Below, piece by piece: positions 59,900 through 64,000 of a DNA stretch of 64,000 nt. Below the pieces are notes generated by a model. That model made no database searches and was not told where the DNA came from. It saw only the letters and a program-made list of their open reading frames with translations. Positions within the stretch are counted from its first letter, which is position 1. The number at the start of each line of letters is the position of its first letter. This stretch comes from Selaginella moellendorffii (taxonomy: Eukaryota; Plantae; Lycopodiophyta), in the NCBI RefSeq assembly GCF_000143415.4, contig NW_003314281.1, positions 1,275,752 through 1,339,751 of the forward strand, read 5' to 3'. The translations under genes were made by a program, and so were the position numbers.

Positions 59900-60856
59900 G
59901 CGATAGCTGACCAAGTTGAACGCTAGAATCTTATTGTCAATAATGGTGCTGACAATGGTGCCGACGGAGCTGCAGAGATTTGGACCATTCAAGATGTGGT
60001 TTATAAGCTATGAGCCCTTAATCGAAATCAACAAGAGATGTAAGACGATATGCATGGCATGATGGATACCATGCATGGGCTTGTTGAGGCACTCAAGGTT
60101 GGACGTGGTAGCGCTCCAAATAAGCTTTCCTGGGTAGATCAACTCAAGATTCCAACCTTTTCCAGTGATGGTGGTATGCACGAGTGTCTCGCTTAGCTAA
60201 CCAATATGAAGAAGTTCTTGGCTACTAAGGGAACTCTTGATGTAGAGGCTTTAGTGGTTATTCCAATGGTTTTGCGTGATGCAGGTCTTTGGTGGTGGAA
60301 TTGACTTGAGGAATCTCATGTTGTGGATAAAAAACCACCAGTGTCAACCATAGATGAGTTTGAAGCTGCTTTTCATTTATGTTTTACCCCTTACTACAAT
60401 GTGGAGAATGCTCATACAAAACTTTGATATTTTCAGCAAGGGAAAATGATGTTTGGGGACTATATTGAGAAGCTTACTCGCTTCATTAGCCGTGTTCCAA
60501 CAAAGGATCCAGATCAAAACAAGTCCTATTTCATTGATAGCCTTCATAGTGAGAGCATGCGGCAACACTTGTGTCATTTTTAGCCTACAAAGAGTTTGGA
60601 GGAGCTTTTTGATGTGGCTCATTAGCTTGACAATGACAAGCACAAGTCTCGCAAGCATTTGAGGAATTCTTCTGTCGAAAATTTTCGTGATGATCACTAT
60701 GGACACAAAGATGGGAACAAGCACCACAAATTGAAGTCTGTAGTGACTACTTTGGATGCAAAGGGGTCAAAGAAGCAGAAGTTCTTTGTGAAGAATTATA
60801 GACAAAGTTGTCATCGTTGCGGTGAGCTTGGACACTACAAGGTTGATTGTCTATAG
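59900..60856 (+). mobile_element. Degenerate gypsy gag with CCHC zinc knuckle
   Basis: LKIPTFSSDG, LRDAGLWWWN, DEFEAAF and CHRCGELGHYKVDC, with multiple stops. Confidence 0.8.
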
Positions 60857-60868
60857 CTAAAGCACAAG

Positions 60869-61880
60869 TGTAAGCCACAAATTTTTCCTTTCCAATTTGC
60901 CAACTTACCTCATCTATCCGACCAACACTGCATTGGTTTTTGCTAAGTTCCCTCACCAAGGTTTTCGCCTATTGTACCAACTCCTACTTGGTCCTACTTG
61001 GTTTCAACTACTCACTGCACGAGTAATGGAGCATTAGCCATCCATCCACGGATTCCCAAATCTCTCTCAATCCCCCTCCCCGGGTTAGACTGGACTTAAG
61101 GTTCGGCTACACTCCCCGCAAGCACAAGCAGCCAAGCACACCAAATCTCCAAGTTCCTAACATCCTTTGGTACAACAAGACTTGATCATAGGACCCTCTA
61201 AATCCCAAGTCTTGGGTGCAACACTTGCTTCGGGACGCCAGGGCGAAACACCGTGGCCTAACTGTAGCGCACGTGGTTTTGACCCTTTATCCTATGGTGA
61301 TTTACCATAGGATAACACCACGAAGCAGAACCTAAACCCTCTTTGTGCCACGTGACAGATGCCACGTGTCACATACCACCTGTCCGTGCCACGTGTCCAT
61401 AGGAACCCGAGGTTCAGGGCCTTGGGCCACTGAACGAAGGAACGGTGCCAAACTCCCAAGCGTGACACCAAGGAGTGATGGAACCGGACCATAGAGCAAC
61501 TCCCGAGCATATAGCCCAAGGAGCGAAGGGACAGGAGCCCGGAGCGACTTGGAACAGTCCTGGAGCAACCAGCATCCCAATGCCAGGACCAGCACGCAAA
61601 ACGGAGCCAAATAGAGTCTGGCGCTATTTCGGCATACCGGTGGCCTAACGTGAGGATATGGGTACTCCACCAGCTAGCATGGAATGGAACTTGGGCTTAG
61701 ACCCAAGCCGGACGCAGAACAAGGACAGGCACGCAAGCGGGAGCTAGACTATGCCTCAGGTTGGTCGGCCATGCTCGACCTACCCACTATCCCTATTATA
61801 CATTTGGAACCCCCCATAGCCCCCCCCCCTTTGAGGAACACACGCTTTGGGCTTTCACCCCAAGCCTCCCTTAGTATCAG
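60869..61880 (+). repeat. LTR-like repeat interrupting the gypsy element; related to 41375-42045 and 62720-62830
   Basis: Homology to 41375-42045. The 3' block TATA..C-tract..CGCTTTGGGCTTTCACCCC..TTAGTAT recurs at ~62725-62828. Boundaries are approximate. Confidence 0.5.
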
Positions 61881-62826
61881 GAGTTAGTCTCTGGGACAAG
61901 CTCGAAACTTACTAAATATGGAATGTCCCTAGATTGTGAATTTGGACACGGGACGAACACCATTGTGTTTAGGCCAACCTCTACATTCCGTAGATATGCC
62001 AAATGAGCAAATCTGGACACTTTCCATAAATAGCATTTGGGACCGAAATGAGACTAACACAAAGGGCATGATAGCGAGGGTGTTTGGCAGACACGGTAAG
62101 CTATCATTTAGCAATATTGAGGGACCAATCTCAATACGCGAGGGTTTTTGTCAAGCCAGTGCAAGACAGAGCAAAAGAGAATTAAGAGCCAGGCCGAGTA
62201 TGCTCAGCTAGAAACACATAGGAGTTCCTACCTTATGTCCATCTGGCTAAGTACAAGTGCTAAGCCCAGTAAACTAACACTTGAACAAGAGGGGCTGATA
62301 AAGGGAACCAGTAATACCGACCTCCTGCCATCGTGGCAGTAAGGTAAGAGTATCCGAAAGGACTAGCCGACAGGTAACTTTCGATACCCGAAGTCACATT
62401 CGCGACACTAACGGCCCAGTATGGGTACCTCTACCCCCCCACTTCCATCCCAAAGGGAAGGTCCAAGCCCCTAGGGAGGGCGAGGACCAATGAGCCACAA
62501 GGTACTCAAGTGGGGCACCACTCCACATGAGCCGGGAGCACTGCAGTTAGTTTCCCTTTCGGGAGTGGGAGCTGCTCTTGAGCACTTCCTTGGGTGGCCT
62601 CTCCGGCACCACCCGAGTCCATGCTCACTCCCACCTAAGGCCCCTCGGCCCCAATCTCAAACCTCAGTCAGTTTGGAAGCACCACTGGAGAGTTTTTTCA
62701 AGACTGGTTCCTAGACCCCACTACCCTTATAAAATTTTGGGAACCCCCTGAATCCCCCTCCCCCCCCCCCCCCCCCCCGTGGGAGACGAACGCTTTGGGC
62801 TTTCACCCCTTGACTTGTATTAGTAT

Positions 62827-63085
62827 TCGGACTCGGTCTCGGACTCGATCTTGGACTCGATCTCGGACCCGACTTTGGACTCGGTCTCGGACTCGATTTC
62901 GGACCCGATTTCGGACTCGGTCTCGGACTCGGTCTTGGACCCAATTCAGATCTCGGACTCTGTCTCGAACTCAGTCTCAAACTTGGTCTTGAACTCAATC
63001 TCCGATTCAGCCTCGGGCTCAATCCCTGACTCTATCTCGAACTCGGTCTTAGAGTCGGTCTTGGACTCGATCTCAAACTCGGTCC
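62827..63085 (+). repeat. Degenerate 6/12-bp minisatellite (TCGGAC/TCGGTC/TCGATC)
   Basis: About 40 hexamer units, decaying to TTGGAC/TCAAAC variants. Confidence 0.9.
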
Positions 63086-64000
63086 CATCTGATGAACTCT
63101 TTGTCATTTTGGTCATGCTTTCGGGGATCCTTTAGCCTACGACACCTCGGGGAGTTGGTTCCTTACAACAAGCAGCAGAACAAGAAGAATGGCCAATCTT
63201 CTACTGACGGTAAGTTAGATACTAAAATGTTGTAAACTTTGTAGCGTGAGGATGACAGGGATGACTATTCTAGTTGGAGGAAGAGGTTTTCAATCATTAC
63301 TCTGTAAGCGACTAATTTTTCCATTCTACTTTAGTCACTTAACCACACCTCCGACCACTTGGAGGAGTTTTACTCACAACCTCCATAAGTCTTATCTTCG
63401 ACTTGGGCTTGCTAGCCCCGGGAATGGCATCTCCGCCACTCAACCTTTGCACTTGGTCCAAGTGCTCCACATGTCCAATCCCATGACCGACACCCCAAGG
63501 TACCATCGACACATCAGCCCGTTACGCTAAGGCCATGCCCATTCACCTTGGTCACACTGGTGGTTTGACACCACCTATACCACAGTCCCGTCTCTCAAAA
63601 ACTAGACCATCCGTCCATGAGTGATCATCCAGATCTACTCCTTAGCATCCTTAGGATACCCATAGACATGGGGAATGGCCTTCCCCAATATCCCTTTTCT
63701 GGTCCCCACCAAGTCCCCTTTCTACCCATGGCCGTGTTCGCCAACACTGCCACTGGATCAAGGCCCACATGCCCGACCACTAAATCCCACGGTCCTCTGG
63801 GACTTCCTCACCACACGACTGTATCCTTGGTCACTACACCAGAGGACTACTCCTCTTCCTTTCCACAGTCTAGGACTTCGGGACAACATTTCGGAACACC
63901 GTGGCCTTACGCAAGCCTCGTGGGTACTCTCCTCGCCTTCCACCTTTGGGTGCTCTAGCCATGGGCTTAGAGCGAGGTTCCGTTGAGCCACGCCTGGTAT

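Noticed and set aside
62711-63135. Ser/Pro/Arg- or Ser/Asp-rich ORFs
   Set aside because: They are translations of a hexamer minisatellite that is open in several frames.
63130-64000. Possible retroelement coding remnant at the window end
   Set aside because: No diagnostic motif is recognisable.

Overview
Eukaryotic nuclear plant DNA with very short GT-AG introns, PPR relics and an F-box gene. It most resembles the lycophyte Selaginella; this is an inference from gene style, not a database result. The left ~39.6 kb is gene-dense. Apparently intact genes there are tRNA-Gly(TCC), an RluA-family RNA pseudouridine synthase head-to-head with a TTI2-like ARM gene, two small RGxxKAAI-motif proteins, a stand-alone PARP/ART-fold gene, an XTH, an intronless atypical Ser/Thr kinase, DExH8 (CCCH RNA helicase) and an F-box gene. 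Pseudogenes include FAM172A/Arb2-like, pseudouridine-5'-phosphate glycosidase, GatB and PPR relics. The region also has local segmental duplications and a TRIM. After a 100-N gap the window is transposon-rich. Its main feature is a ~9.56-kb TIR DNA transposon (48501-58057, with a truncated tandem copy at 45440-48044). It encodes a Sola1-like/DUF7869-type DDD transposase and, divergently, an FCP1/NIF-type HAD-domain accessory protein. About 20 copies of a 22-bp palindrome, ATGGCRTG-N6-CAYGCCAT, are spread through it, several in-frame inside coding exons. This layout recalls the VANDAL/VANC anti-silencing system but with different proteins, and it is the best candidate for an undescribed system. 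Ty3/gypsy pol-LTR-gag remnants fill the right end.
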